DNA from: Erysipelothrix inopinata
GTDB taxonomy: Bacteria; Bacillota_I; Bacilli_A; Erysipelotrichales; Erysipelotrichaceae
DNA length: 32,000 bases
NCBI RefSeq assembly: GCF_014396165.1
Contig: NZ_CP060715.1
Location: 1,980,001-2,012,000, forward strand
Direction: 5' to 3'
The notes beneath the pieces are model-generated. The model was given only the letters and a program-made list of their open reading frames with translations, searched no databases and was not told where the DNA came from. Below are positions 15,977 to 25,031 of this stretch, piece by piece. Made by a program: the position numbers and the translations under genes. How positions within the stretch are numbered: position 1 is the first letter of the stretch; the number at the start of each line of letters is the position of its first letter.

Positions 15977-17656
15977 CTAGATCTTCTCATCGTGTTGGGA
16001 TTTTTCGTAGACAATCGTTTTTGGTTTTTTGCGAGTCATAATAAATACTACCGCAAGAATGAGTATCCAGATTGTACCGACACCTGCCCATAAGACACTA
16101 TGATCCAATTTAAATCCAGTTGATTCTGATTCACGAATAACTTCGATTACATAAGTATTCATAATACCATCGGCATTACTTGCATGAATCTTAATGTAGT
16201 TGATGCCTTCTCTTAGTGTATTGTTTGCAGCGATGTTGATATTGGTATTCGCATCTTTCGGTGCTGCAGTAACAGCAAGATGATTAACATCATGCTCCAC
16301 AATCATGTTATAAAAGAATACATCTTCTTTAAATCCTGGATTTAGTGCATACCCTCCAACAGAAATCGATGATAAGTAAGCACTACTTTCTGTTTCGCTA
16401 CGATTAACGTTAATTGTAATGTCACGTTTTTCGCCACTTGGAGAAGTCACAGTAATCGTAATTTGATTGGCACCAAATGTCAATGATTCGTGACCCGTAA
16501 TATTAACAGATGCATTTTGATCTTCAGGTGTTACTTTTAGATTTAAACGATCCGTATTTTTACCTACGTTGGCATGATACTCATTAACATCATGGCTTAA
16601 GTTAGGTTGTAGTGATATCCCTTCAATAGTACTGATGTAATTATTGACAGAGTTATTGTTGATGATTGTTGTATTTCCGTTTGAATCTTTACCTGTTTCA
16701 GACGTTGGTTTATCCGTATCTGGTTTGGGCTTTTCTTCTTTATCACCCGGAGTTGGTTTCTCTTCCGGCTTAGGATCGGGTTTTTCTTCAGGTTTTGGAT
16801 CTGGCTTTTCGCCACCAGGATTTTCTTCTTTATCCTTATCCTTCTTTGTTACCACAACTGTATATGTTTTTTGAGTCCCATCTTCTGCTTCAACGACAAT
16901 CTTAATAATGTTCTCACCTGGCTTAAGTTCATGACTTCCAGTTCCAGAAATAACTTTAGAGTGTTCATCTACTGGTAAAGCACTAATATCAATCGTATTG
17001 GTATTTTCACCAACCTCTAGTTTATAATCCAAAGTATTTTCATTGAATTTAGGATTTAACTCTAATTTAGTATCACCATCTTTAATGATTAGCTCTTTAA
17101 GTTGATTATTCGAAGATTCTTCTGGATTACTTTTATCTACAATATTAAGAACACTTTCCTTTGTAGATGCATCCAGTTCATTGAATTGTGTATCTGCAAC
17201 TGCAGCATTTTTAATTGCAATTTTTGTTGCGCCCGAAGGTGCACTCTCTAAGATTTCAACTTCAATCTCAAATGCTACTATATCTTCTTTTTGTGCAATA
17301 TTAGGTGGGTTATCATCATAACCAACAAACTTAATTTCTCCAGATGTTGGAGCGGTAGAAAACGCCCAACCTGATATTTTATTTTTTGCCTCTATAAATG
17401 TGAGGACACTGGGATCATACTGAAATGTTCCTGAGTACCCTTCAACACCATTTTTAAATGCCTGAACCTCTGATAGTTTAACTTGAAGATGGACACGTTC
17501 ACCGCGTGTCACATCTTTTTGTTCGGGTTCAATAATTAACTTAGGTGTGGTAGCAGAAAGAGGAATTACTAATTGCAAAACAAGCATTGATAAAATCATC
17601 AGTAAAACGACGATTCCACGAATCAAAGTTGTTTGATTTCTCATTGTTTTTTTCAT
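15977..17656 (-). CDS. Membrane-anchored cohesin protein (putative anchoring scaffoldin)
   Basis: 559 aa with signal peptide, cohesin, Cadherin-like module, Pro/Glu/Lys linker, two Cadherin-like modules, a C-terminal TM helix and a basic tail. GAGG RBS. The start is 13 nt after the upstream stop. Confidence 0.85.
   Translation of the reverse strand: MKKTMRNQTTLIRGIVVLLMILSMLVLQLVIPLSATTPKLIIEPEQKDVTRGERVHLQVKLSEVQAFKNGVEGYSGTFQYDPSVLTFIEAKNKISGWAFSTAPTSGEIKFVGYDDNPPNIAQKEDIVAFEIEVEILESAPSGATKIAIKNAAVADTQFNELDASTKESVLNIVDKSNPEESSNNQLKELIIKDGDTKLELNPKFNENTLDYKLEVGENTNTIDISALPVDEHSKVISGTGSHELKPGENIIKIVVEAEDGTQKTYTVVVTKKDKDKEENPGGEKPDPKPEEKPDPKPEEKPTPGDKEEKPKPDTDKPTSETGKDSNGNTTIINNNSVNNYISTIEGISLQPNLSHDVNEYHANVGKNTDRLNLKVTPEDQNASVNITGHESLTFGANQITITVTSPSGEKRDITINVNRSETESSAYLSSISVGGYALNPGFKEDVFFYNMIVEHDVNHLAVTAAPKDANTNINIAANNTLREGINYIKIHASNADGIMNTYVIEVIRESESTGFKLDHSVLWAGVGTIWILILAVVFIMTRKKPKTIVYEKSQHDEKI
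16034..16096 (-). other. C-terminal transmembrane anchor of the 559-aa protein
   Basis: VLWAGVGTIWILILAVVFIMT is followed by RKKPKTIVYEKSQHDEKI. No LPxTG, SLH or choline-binding motif is seen. Confidence 0.75.
16667..16846 (-). repeat. Pro/Glu/Lys/Asp-rich low-complexity linker with a tandem KPDPKPEE unit
   Basis: KKDKDKEENPGGEKPDPKPEEKPDPKPEEKPTPGDKEEKPKPDTDKPTSETGKDSNGNTT. The antisense reading produces the spurious GFSSG ORF at 16644-16874. Confidence 0.85.
17138..17545 (-). other. Cohesin domain of the 559-aa anchor protein
   Basis: KLIIEPEQKDVTRGERVHLQVKLSEVQAFKNGVEGYSGTFQYDPSVLTFIEA...GEIKFVGYD...DIVAFEIEVEILESAPSGATKIAIKNAAVAD matches the cohesin pattern (G..v.v.v.l......g..g....l.YD...L......g.i.f......g.l..i.F.v....G). 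Confidence 0.75.
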
Positions 17657-17669
17657 CTTTTGCCTCTAT

Positions 17670-20600
17670 CTATTTTTCAAATAGATTTTTACTTCCTAGA
17701 ATATGACTTCGTATTAAGATAAGGTCTGCAACCCCAACTTTTTTATCATGGTTAGTATCCGCTGCAACCTTCTGAGCATCATTTAGTGTTCCACCTAGTA
17801 TATAGGTTCTAAGATTTACGACGTCAGCAACCCCAATGCGACCATCTCCGTTTACATCACCTTTTACAATCAATGTTTTTTCATCATACTCAACACCTTC
17901 TACAATCAATTTAATGATTGCACCGGTTCCAACGAGTTCTTGGTCTTCAAGGACACGTCCTTCACGATATATTGCCAGTGTTTCATTCTCATTTAACATT
18001 TGATTCTTCACGTCAAGTACGGTTTGCTTCTCATGGATTGTCTCAATGTAGACATCACCAATAACATGAATTTCTGATTCAAGTTTTAGTTCTTTCACAT
18101 TGATTTCAACCGTATATTTTCTAGCTTCCATGTCTTCACGTGTTACGGTAATTGTAATTGTGTTTTTTCCAACCTTAAGTTCCGGTGCATCGATTGTTAC
18201 CTTAGCTTGCGGATCTTCTGGTATGGCATTAACATTTAATCTCAGTTTGTCTTTTTGGTGAACATCTGCTGTATAAGCTAAGACATCTTTCTTAAATGAA
18301 GGGTTTAACGCGATATCCTTCAAATCGAGATGTGCTAAGGCATTACTCTTAACATCACCACGATTAACAATGACATAATAGGTTGCTTCTTCATTACGGT
18401 TTCGGGTCACTTTAACAGGGAAAGTATTGCTACCCAGCTCAAGCTTATGACTGCCTGTCCCCGTAATTTTCGCATCCTGATTATTAGTCATCGCTGAAAT
18501 ATCAATGGATGAGATTGCTTCATCTACATTGACATAATAGGTTTTGATTTCTTTATCGAAGGATGGTGATAATTCCCCCTCACTAACTTTTAAAGAATCC
18601 AACCCAAAAGTATTACTGTGAGCACGGTTTACAAAGAGTGTATACACACGTTTTGATCCATCCTCTGCGATACTTTCAATTTCTAAAGTATTTCTTCCTG
18701 GTTGAAGTGCATGGATTCCAAGATTGGATACTTTTTGTTTAGCATCAATTGCTGTTGCAAAGACTTCGATTGTTTTCACATCAGCATCGACATCAATGTT
18801 GTAGGCTGTTTTATCAGCCGAGAACACAGGATCGAGATGACCTTTGTCAGTCCATAGATTTTGCAATCCTTTTTCTGATGAAGGTTTCTGATTAAATTGA
18901 ATCGTATAGATTCGAGGAATATTATTTTCACCTACAACTCTAACTTCATGGTTGTAAGGGAAGTCCGTAACGGTAATATTTCCGGTGCCACTAACCTTCA
19001 TCGATTCAGAAGCAGTGGCTTCAATCTCAAATGCATGGTCATCAACCACGTCTACAACGAAGACGTTTGTCTTAGGATTGAACTCCGGTGTTAGTTTATA
19101 GTTCCCATGGTTCTCACCTTCTACAGTTAATTTTTCTAAAACATTGTTTGATTGTGCCGTACGAGTTACATGAATACGATACGTATTTGTTTGATTTCGT
19201 TTGGTATTCACACTAACTTCCACAACATGATCACTTCCGACTGGGATGTTATTTTGATTCTTGATTTCAACAGTAGCATCATCGTTTGATTCGTAAATTG
19301 GTGTTATTGCATCCAATTCGTAAGGAATCGTGAGATAGTAGTCATTTTGAAGTGGATTGAATTTCGGATTTATATTTCCTTCTTTAACACTTAATTTCTG
19401 GAGTAGAACTGATTCATCCTGTTTTTCTTGTACTTCAATTTGGTATGTCCTTACTTGTTTGCTTTGTGAGGTAACATGAATCGTGACAACTTTCTTTTCA
19501 TCACTTTCTTTAGGATAGATAATTTCGACAGTTGCTTTTTCATGTTCTGAAATTGCGACAACATCAAGTTTTGTTTCTCGGTTTTCATACTGATATTCTT
19601 GAATCGTTTTCTCAAATCCTAAGAGTGCCTCATGATTAATATGAATTGATTTCAGATAGTTGTTGTCAGATGCTTCACGGTTAACTACGAACTCGTAGTT
19701 TTTCTCTTGACCATCTTTCGTTGTGACAGTCACGACATACGTTACTTTATCTTCTTCTATCTTAGGATCATTCACTTTAAACTTACTTTCTTTATCAGCA
19801 AGTTTCGCATCGATGAGCAATGTGTTCAAATTGGTATCACTTGGAACACTTACTTCATATTGCTGTGTTTCTTCATTCCAAGTTCCTGGCCATGAGTGTC
19901 CATCTTGTTTTACAGTAATAGAATCTATCGCCGTTTTATCTTTTTCTTTCACCACACGAACGGTGTACACAGACTGGTAGTTACCATTGGTTACAACCAT
20001 ATTTATATTCGTTGTATTTGGTAAAAGTGGTACGTTTTCAAAGGTACCTAGGATTTTAGCATTTGGATCTTCTGTTTTCGGATCAAAACTAATACTTAAA
20101 TCTTTTTCCAAGACTTTAAGTTCGTATTCTAGAGTACTACTATTGAAAGTTGGTGTTAGGTCCCCTTTATCAGGATTTAATGCAGATAAACGTGTCGACA
20201 ATCCTGCTTTAGCATGAATTGAGTAAGTTCTGATTTCACCGTTTTTGGCCTCTACTTTTACCTCAATCGTACGCGGTAAGGAAGAGACTTCGATATTTTC
20301 TAAAGCTTCTGGATTAAGAATACGAGCTTCGTATTTATCATCCAAGGTATAATAAACTCTAAAGTTTTCAACGCCTGGGAATAATGTAGCTTCATACTCC
20401 TGAATCTCTGGGTTAAACATTGGTGATAACATACCTTGGTTTTGTCCAATGTGTAGATCACTCAAATAGTTATACCCAACCTTACGTAATATAAGTTCAT
20501 AAGTTAGAGTTTCTTTTGACTCTGACTCCGTTTTTATACGGTAAATTGTATCGCCAGCATTTTTTATTATGGTAGCACTATCCATAAAGATATTAGTTTT

Positions 20601-23600
20601 CGTATGATTTGCTTCAGCAATAACATCACCCGAACCCCAAGTATCAATGTTTTGAGGTACTTCCACAACATAGGACATGACATCGGATTTAAATTCTGGT
20701 GTCAGTTTCAATTCTTTATTTTTTAAACTTAATGATTTTAAGGTTGCATCATGGGATGCTTCGCGACTCACTTCCAAGACATAGTTTACTTTAGCTTCGC
20801 CATCATAAGCTAAAGCCGTAAAATTAAATGTATTCTTGCCTGGTTTCAATTCCAAGTCTTTATTAACTTGTCCTTGCCATTTGACTGAACTGTCATTCGC
20901 AACTGCTTTAAGATTTTGAATGGTTGAATTAGCATCCAGGCTATCCTTAAGTTGGTATGTCATCGTATTTGTTTGAGCATCATATTTTCCAGATGCAACA
21001 TCAATATCTTGTGTTCCAAGTTTCAAGGATGTAAGTTCAATATCTTTATTCACAAGAATCTGATAAACCTGAGCCGGTGCGGAAGCATCTTCAGGTTGAA
21101 CACGAACCGTGAATACATTTTTACCCGGTCTTACTTTAAATGATTCCTGACCTTTAATGACATGAGCGAGTGCATCTTTTGGAGTCACGTCAATCATAAT
21201 TTCTTCCACATCACTAGGTACATGTTCAATTTCAAAGAGATCAAACGGTTCTTCATCAATACCATGGTTTAATGCTAATGGTTTGATGTTTCCATCTTTA
21301 TCTTTGTAGGTTATTTTCATATCTTGAAGACGTGCATCATCAGAGAGACTTCGTGTAAAGGTGAATTCATAAAGATTTGTTTTTGCTGTCTTTGAATCTG
21401 TCAATACGATTGTCTTCACTAAAGTTTGTTTCCCCGTCATATCGACTTTTTGAGATACTGATTCAATAATCTCAATGCCATCATCAAGGACGAGACCTAA
21501 ATCAAACTTTGGATTTTTATCTTTTAGGTAAGGATCCACATTTATTTCAAATGAAGATTCCCCTTTATATTCTGAAACATTTTTACCATTCAATGAAATA
21601 CCTTTTAATGTTGGAAGCACTTCTGCTTCTTTACGAACATCAATGTGGATGGTTGCGACATGTTCGTTACTTTGAGTGCTCAAATCAAATTTGAATTCAT
21701 TTTTCTCGGTATCACTTAGAGGTAAAGGATTCTTGTAGAATTTAGAAATTTGATATCCTTCTTCAAGTTTCGCATCACTTAAGTGTACATGTTTGTCTGT
21801 AAATTCTTTAAGATTACGCGGAACATATGCTACGTAGTAATAATGATTGGGTTCCGGATTTGAAATCTCCGTATCCTTATCGATAGAGATTACTGGATCT
21901 TTAATCTCAATATCTTTATCTTCATACTTCGTAAGTCGTTCTACATGTATTTCATAAACTTTTTTTGTTTTATTATCTTCTGCAGTAACTGTGATTTCTA
22001 TTTTGTTTTGTCCTGCTTTAAGATTTTGGTTGCCATTAATGGTAACTGTTGCATTTGCATCTAAAGTTTTTGCTTCAATGTTTAAAGATGACGTGTCAGA
22101 TGCAATGGGATCAAGTGTATATGACAACGTATCGCTAGAGAATCCAGGTACTGGTGTTCCCTCAACACTTAAGAGTGCGAGGTCTGCATTGGCACTTGAA
22201 TCTTTCATCACATTCAACGTATAAACACGTGTTGATCCTGTTTGTGAGGTAACTACAAAACTAATGGTATTCTTACCTTTTTTGACAGGAACACTCACCT
22301 TGTTTGTTGTAAGTAATTGACCATCAAAGCTTACGGTAGCATTCACATCTGTTTTTTCAATTTCAATTTCGACAACCTCAACATCATTACTTAGCGATGT
22401 TTCAGAAGTATAAATATTATTAACGAACTCTGATGTAATATCTTTCCCATCCAACTTAATGACAGAAAGCGTGTTTATTTCAGATGGTTTTTTCTCAATC
22501 TTAATCGTATATGTTTGCTTGGTTACTTTATTTTCTGCAACCACATCAATCTTAACTTCTTTTGACTGCGAGTCTAAAGTTACTTCCATTGGCATGGTTT
22601 GATTGATAGTTGCAAACTCGCTTGCACGACCACTCAAGATAACATCTTTCACATTACTATCTACGGTAAGAACGTATTCATAAGTATCAGGATTAAATGA
22701 TTTGTTAAAGTTACCTTGTGATGCTTTTAATTCTAGCAATTGAGCATTTGAATCATAAGCTCTCACAATCGTTAAAATGTATTTAGATTTAGGTTGCTTC
22801 ATATCTTCAGGTGATACGATAAATTGATATGTATTTTTCGACCCTGTTACAAGATCAAGGGGTTCATCAGCCTCAATACTTGCATTAGCTGGCAATGTAA
22901 ACGTTAAGTCATCAAGACTAAATGTCTTTTTAGAGTTTGGGACCTTAACGGTATAACGGTATACAAAGTCACCATCTTTATCTTTGTCACTATCTTTCGC
23001 AATGTCATCACCTTGTCCATTGGGATCTATAGGATTACCATCACCATCTTTTGGATCTGATTTAATATCATCTATCTGTGTTGGATCTTTGGGTTTAAAA
23101 GGATTGGTACCATTACCCTCTCCATCCGTTAGCTCTGAACTACTATTTCCCTTCATCGTAACAGTCAGAATATAAGTTTGTTTCTTACCACTTTCCGATA
23201 CGATTTGAATTGGAAAATCATGGTTCCCACTCGTTAGTGTTTGTTCTGTTAGCACGGAATCATTTTCTATTTTCGCGCCACTTTTCGGGTCAACACTTGC
23301 ATTGATTTTAATTTTTGTATTTTCCTTAAATTCAATCTCTCCTAAATCATAATTCAAGGTTTCAGGATTAAACGCAATGTTAATTGGTTTTCCGTCCAAA
23401 GTAACCGATAACTCTTGTAAGGTAGCATCATCATTTTGTTTACGTTTTAACGTAATACGATATGTATCCTTGGTGCCATCTTCTGCTCGAGTTTCGATTT
23501 CAACGATGTTATTTCCCTCAATCAAATTCAATTCTGATTCAAAAGTATTGTTGCTTTGAAGATTGGTTAAATCTTTCTTATTTAATGTTACACGATGAAC

Positions 23601-25031
23601 ACGTGCTTCATCGTATTGCATTTGCATCAAGATGTGAGAAAGTTTCGTATCACGATCAATTTCTACATCATAGTTACGTTCGTCTTTCTTCAAGTCTACA
23701 AGCGTATCGCCAACTTTGAGTTGTTTAAGGCTTGTGTCCTTTGATCCACGAACAAATGTCATTTTATAAAGGGCTTCCTTTACAATTGAAGGATCATCAT
23801 TTCCAAATAGTGTTTCATATTTTTTTAATCCTGATTCACTTTTTACAGTAACATCCAAATCTGTATTTGCAGTGGGATTTAATGTCAGTTTAGAACCTTC
23901 AATGACACCATTTGACACATAACTAATTTCATTGGTTGGTGCTGTAGCAAACAATTCAAGACTATCAACACTTCCCTGTGTTTTCACAATACCGTTTGCT
24001 GGTGGATTTGCACTTGAGTAAACAACGAACTTATCGTTTTCTCCTTCATATTGAGCAATTAAATCCAACGATGTTTTCACATCCAAACGTTTTACATTAA
24101 AGCGATAGATACCAAGTGTTTCACCTTGGTACGCATAAATACCTAAGAAAGTATTATCACCGACTTCTAAGGATCGGTCTGTACTACTTCCTTTTTCTTT
24201 TCCAAATTTGAAACTGGCATTGTCATCTGGGTGACTCAATACGATATCTTCTTTAATTTTCGTAACCGTGTGAGGGACTACAATTTCCGGATACTCAAGT
24301 ATTTTCTCATCAAACTGGGACCCAAGGTAGTCATGACCATCGGCACTGTTACCAAGTACATCCGCTTTAAGTGACACACCGTTTAGCGTTGGAGCAGGTT
24401 GTCCTGCTTCTTTTGCAACGTTGAGCTTAAAGGAAGTATCCGCTTCGATAGGTGTTACTTTAGTATTCGACATGTTATCGGCAACAACTAACTTGTTGTA
24501 TCTAAACTTAATTTCTTTGCCTGGTGTTGCATCGGCTTTAACACGGAAATACATGACCATCATTGGACCTGATGCACTCAAAGCATATTCTGGCTTCGCA
24601 ACAGTTTGTCCCGTGTAGATAATTAAATCATCAACAATATTGTGGTTAATCGTCCATACATGTACGCGATCTCGACCTTTTTTAACAGTCGGAAACACAC
24701 CACCCTCATCATCTTTAGGATAAATTAAATCTTGATCATCCACTTCTACAACTTCAAGAAGTGTCTTATCATAATAGATTTCATATTGAAACATCGAGAT
24801 ATTATGCGTTCCGTTGGATTCAAAATCAACATCCAATCGGAACACATCTCCCGGTTTCACCACAGACCCCGAAGCAAGCTTCGGAGAGTCTGCGATATCT
24901 TCATACGTATATTCAGATTCGTCATAAGCTTTAAAACGAACGATATTATTCGTAGCAGCAAAGACATCATAATTTGGAATAGTTGTGACAAGAATTGCGA
25001 CAAGCATTAATGTTATTAATTTATTTTTCAT
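17670..25031 (-). CDS. Giant secreted cohesin-(Cadherin-like)n-X-dockerin protein, 2453 aa
   Basis: Signal peptide (MKNKLITLMLVAILVTTIPNYDVFA|A), N-terminal cohesin, about 20 canonical plus 2 atypical ~90-aa Cadherin-like beta-sandwich modules, an X-module and a C-terminal dockerin. The start overlaps the upstream gene's stop by 11 nt. Confidence 0.9.
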   Translation of the reverse strand: MKNKLITLMLVAILVTTIPNYDVFAATNNIVRFKAYDESEYTYEDIADSPKLASGSVVKPGDVFRLDVDFESNGTHNISMFQYEIYYDKTLLEVVEVDDQDLIYPKDDEGGVFPTVKKGRDRVHVWTINHNIVDDLIIYTGQTVAKPEYALSASGPMMVMYFRVKADATPGKEIKFRYNKLVVADNMSNTKVTPIEADTSFKLNVAKEAGQPAPTLNGVSLKADVLGNSADGHDYLGSQFDEKILEYPEIVVPHTVTKIKEDIVLSHPDDNASFKFGKEKGSSTDRSLEVGDNTFLGIYAYQGETLGIYRFNVKRLDVKTSLDLIAQYEGENDKFVVYSSANPPANGIVKTQGSVDSLELFATAPTNEISYVSNGVIEGSKLTLNPTANTDLDVTVKSESGLKKYETLFGNDDPSIVKEALYKMTFVRGSKDTSLKQLKVGDTLVDLKKDERNYDVEIDRDTKLSHILMQMQYDEARVHRVTLNKKDLTNLQSNNTFESELNLIEGNNIVEIETRAEDGTKDTYRITLKRKQNDDATLQELSVTLDGKPINIAFNPETLNYDLGEIEFKENTKIKINASVDPKSGAKIENDSVLTEQTLTSGNHDFPIQIVSESGKKQTYILTVTMKGNSSSELTDGEGNGTNPFKPKDPTQIDDIKSDPKDGDGNPIDPNGQGDDIAKDSDKDKDGDFVYRYTVKVPNSKKTFSLDDLTFTLPANASIEADEPLDLVTGSKNTYQFIVSPEDMKQPKSKYILTIVRAYDSNAQLLELKASQGNFNKSFNPDTYEYVLTVDSNVKDVILSGRASEFATINQTMPMEVTLDSQSKEVKIDVVAENKVTKQTYTIKIEKKPSEINTLSVIKLDGKDITSEFVNNIYTSETSLSNDVEVVEIEIEKTDVNATVSFDGQLLTTNKVSVPVKKGKNTISFVVTSQTGSTRVYTLNVMKDSSANADLALLSVEGTPVPGFSSDTLSYTLDPIASDTSSLNIEAKTLDANATVTINGNQNLKAGQNKIEITVTAEDNKTKKVYEIHVERLTKYEDKDIEIKDPVISIDKDTEISNPEPNHYYYVAYVPRNLKEFTDKHVHLSDAKLEEGYQISKFYKNPLPLSDTEKNEFKFDLSTQSNEHVATIHIDVRKEAEVLPTLKGISLNGKNVSEYKGESSFEINVDPYLKDKNPKFDLGLVLDDGIEIIESVSQKVDMTGKQTLVKTIVLTDSKTAKTNLYEFTFTRSLSDDARLQDMKITYKDKDGNIKPLALNHGIDEEPFDLFEIEHVPSDVEEIMIDVTPKDALAHVIKGQESFKVRPGKNVFTVRVQPEDASAPAQVYQILVNKDIELTSLKLGTQDIDVASGKYDAQTNTMTYQLKDSLDANSTIQNLKAVANDSSVKWQGQVNKDLELKPGKNTFNFTALAYDGEAKVNYVLEVSREASHDATLKSLSLKNKELKLTPEFKSDVMSYVVEVPQNIDTWGSGDVIAEANHTKTNIFMDSATIIKNAGDTIYRIKTESESKETLTYELILRKVGYNYLSDLHIGQNQGMLSPMFNPEIQEYEATLFPGVENFRVYYTLDDKYEARILNPEALENIEVSSLPRTIEVKVEAKNGEIRTYSIHAKAGLSTRLSALNPDKGDLTPTFNSSTLEYELKVLEKDLSISFDPKTEDPNAKILGTFENVPLLPNTTNINMVVTNGNYQSVYTVRVVKEKDKTAIDSITVKQDGHSWPGTWNEETQQYEVSVPSDTNLNTLLIDAKLADKESKFKVNDPKIEEDKVTYVVTVTTKDGQEKNYEFVVNREASDNNYLKSIHINHEALLGFEKTIQEYQYENRETKLDVVAISEHEKATVEIIYPKESDEKKVVTIHVTSQSKQVRTYQIEVQEKQDESVLLQKLSVKEGNINPKFNPLQNDYYLTIPYELDAITPIYESNDDATVEIKNQNNIPVGSDHVVEVSVNTKRNQTNTYRIHVTRTAQSNNVLEKLTVEGENHGNYKLTPEFNPKTNVFVVDVVDDHAFEIEATASESMKVSGTGNITVTDFPYNHEVRVVGENNIPRIYTIQFNQKPSSEKGLQNLWTDKGHLDPVFSADKTAYNIDVDADVKTIEVFATAIDAKQKVSNLGIHALQPGRNTLEIESIAEDGSKRVYTLFVNRAHSNTFGLDSLKVSEGELSPSFDKEIKTYYVNVDEAISSIDISAMTNNQDAKITGTGSHKLELGSNTFPVKVTRNRNEEATYYVIVNRGDVKSNALAHLDLKDIALNPSFKKDVLAYTADVHQKDKLRLNVNAIPEDPQAKVTIDAPELKVGKNTITITVTREDMEARKYTVEINVKELKLESEIHVIGDVYIETIHEKQTVLDVKNQMLNENETLAIYREGRVLEDQELVGTGAIIKLIVEGVEYDEKTLIVKGDVNGDGRIGVADVVNLRTYILGGTLNDAQKVAADTNHDKKVGVADLILIRSHILGSKNLFEK
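17673..17861 (-). other. Dockerin domain (two F-hand Ca-binding segments) of the 2453-aa protein
   Basis: GDVNGDGRIGVADVVNLRTYILGG...AADTNHDKKVGVADLILIRSHILG. Both loops fit D-x-N-x-D-x-x-x-x-x-x-D and each is followed by a helix. Confidence 0.85.
17862..18089 (-). other. X-module-like domain directly preceding the dockerin
   Basis: LKLESEIHVIGDVYIETIHEKQTVLDVKNQML...LVGTGAIIKLIVEGVEYDEKTLIVK. It shares the pattern VGT(G/S)..IKLIV..V.YDE..I.IKGD.NGDG with the upstream protein. Confidence 0.5.
18090..24395 (-). repeat. Array of about 22 diverged Cadherin-like beta-sandwich modules (protein-level repeats)
   Basis: The recurring frame is L..L.V..G.L.P.F......Y...V.......I.A......A.V...G...L..G.N...I.VTAEDG....Y.I.V.R. 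An example is LDSLKVSEGELSPSFDKEIKTYYVNVDEAISSIDISAMTNNQDAKITGTGSHKLELGSNTFPVKVTRNRNEEATYYVIVNR. Confidence 0.8.
22968..23135 (-). other. Asp/Gly/Pro/Lys-rich insert (possible Ca-binding or hinge segment)
   Basis: ELTDGEGNGTNPFKPKDPTQIDDIKSDPKDGDGNPIDPNGQGDDIAKDSDKDKDGD (residues 633-688 by my count). Confidence 0.6.
24417..24956 (-). other. N-terminal cohesin domain of the 2453-aa protein
   Basis: ...SVVKPGDVFRLDVDFESNGTHNISMFQYEIYYDKTLLEVVEV...GPMMVMYFRVKADATPGKEIKFRYNKLVVAD.... It has the cohesin core motifs and a ~40-aa insertion relative to the anchor-protein cohesin. Confidence 0.7.

Noticed and set aside
16644-16874. Gly/Ser/Phe-rich repeat protein (GFSSGLGSGFSSGFGSGFS) on the plus strand
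   Set aside because: It is the antisense reading of the Pro/Glu/Lys linker (KPDPKPEE repeats) of the 559-aa anchor protein, so it is a mirror artefact.
17647-17653. A7 homopolymer right after the start codon of the anchor gene, considered as a phase-variation switch
   Set aside because: Seven residues is short, and such runs are common in this AT-rich sequence because of Lys codons. There is no evidence of slippage from a single sequence.
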